A stretch of 64,000 nt of DNA from an uncultured Clostridia bacterium (GTDB taxonomy: Bacteria; Bacillota; Clostridia; Christensenellales; UBA1242). The DNA lies in the NCBI GenBank assembly GCA_934757845.1, contig CAKVLQ010000001.1:164671-228670 (forward strand). Direction: 5' to 3'. A model generated the notes under the pieces. It saw only the letters and a list, made by a program, of their open reading frames with translations, was not told the DNA's origin and did no database searches. This document shows positions 63,509 through 64,000 of the stretch, in pieces. Position 1 is the stretch's first letter; each line of letters starts with the position of its first letter. A program made the position numbers and the translations under genes.

Positions 63509-64000
63509 TTATTTTAATTTGCTTAAATTAACTGGGTCCATAGCGTCCAAAAACATATTCAAAAGTTCAACTCTTTCAAAATCGTGGTCAAGAGTTATTG
63601 ACAAAACTGGAAGTTTAACGCTAGATAAGCCTTTTTTGATATAATCATTATAGGTTGTAATGCTTTTATCACCCTTTGAAGGGTCAATTAAATCAACAAC
63701 CAAAACTGGTTGCATTTTGGTTTTCAAAAACACAACAACGTCCAAAATGTTATGTTCAATTTCGTGATATACAACAAGTGAACCATCAGGTTTTACAATC
63801 GAACTTGCAACGATTTTTGGAAATGCAACATATTCACTTGGAAGTGAGTTTTGAAAAACTGCCAAAAATTTGGTTTCACTTTGCGACAAAAACGGAAGAT
63901 TAAGTTTTAGTCTTGGCTTTCCGTCAAACTTTGCTTGTTTTGATTTTGAAGCACGCTTTTTTTCAAGATTTTTTATAACAAAATATATTAAAAATGCACC
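63509..64000 (-). CDS. DUF2726-type (restriction-endonuclease-like fold) protein; N-terminus runs off the window end
   Basis: Frame is open upstream of the listed TTG at 63889 to nt 64000 (..GAFLIYFVIKNLEKKRASKSKQAKFDGKPRLKLNLPFLSQSETKFL). PFLS..E..F and the LDVVVF..VLVVDLID block fit the DUF2726 pattern. Confidence 0.7.
   Translation of the reverse strand, partial: GAFLIYFVIKNLEKKRASKSKQAKFDGKPRLKLNLPFLSQSETKFLAVFQNSLPSEYVAFPKIVASSIVKPDGSLVVYHEIEHNILDVVVFLKTKMQPVLVVDLIDPSKGDKSITTYNDYIKKGLSSVKLPVLSITLDHDFERVELLNMFLDAMDPVNLSKLK

Noticed and set aside
1-64000. Alternative genetic code (Mollicutes-like TGA=Trp), CRISPR arrays, IS/transposase, integrase, rRNA, retron/DGR reverse transcriptase
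   Set aside because: Long ORFs close with TAA, TAG or TGA as expected for code 11, and tRNA-Trp carries CCA. I found no spaced direct-repeat arrays, no DDE/Y-recombinase/RT motifs in any listed ORF, and no rRNA-like GC-rich blocks.

Overview
AT-rich chromosomal segment (about 30% GC by eye, not computed) from a small-genome, low-GC Firmicutes/Clostridia-like bacterium. It uses the standard code: TGA terminates the 21014-22105 ORF, and tRNA-Trp has anticodon CCA. The window holds about 57 protein genes and one tRNA. The backbone is housekeeping and syntenic with endospore-former chromosomes: cls, spoVG, murC, rpmE, prmC-prfA, ctsR-mcsA-clpC, uvrC, murB, whiA, dnaE, pfkA, greA, holB-yaaT-yabB-rsmI, patatin, a ComEC-type MBL protein, tkt, PFOR, truA, recN-spoIVB-spo0A, a DD-carboxypeptidase, tRNA-Trp, rplM-rpsI, trxB and ung. 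I saw no CRISPR array, IS element, integrase, rRNA or phage structural module. Four things stand out. (1) Three dispersed paralogues of the TasA/CalY/camelysin fibre family carry SipW-type signal peptides (9434, 13154, 57505). One is fused to an extra C-terminal beta-rich domain and two have long structured leaders. No sipW or tapA is in the window, but a >1900-aa repetitive surface protein is. (2) An ~80-nt intergenic element occurs twice (36514-36595, 55939-56019). It folds into a closed multi-hairpin shape with compensatory base changes, and it is linked to a Fic + BRO-N/DinD-like gene pair and to a decayed copy of the BRO gene start. (3) A Spo0A orthologue sits in canonical recN-spoIVB-spo0A synteny, but its receiver domain has lost the acidic pocket and the conserved Lys. 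(4) Smaller items: five small XRE-type HTH genes including a three-gene switch-like cluster, an ArsR-type regulator divergent from a 60-aa Cys-rich membrane peptide, a tRNA-Trp 3' end duplication scar, and several tandem or direct repeats in promoter regions. All functional calls rest on motif recognition by eye; no database search was possible. Coordinates of non-coding features may be off by 1-2 nt.
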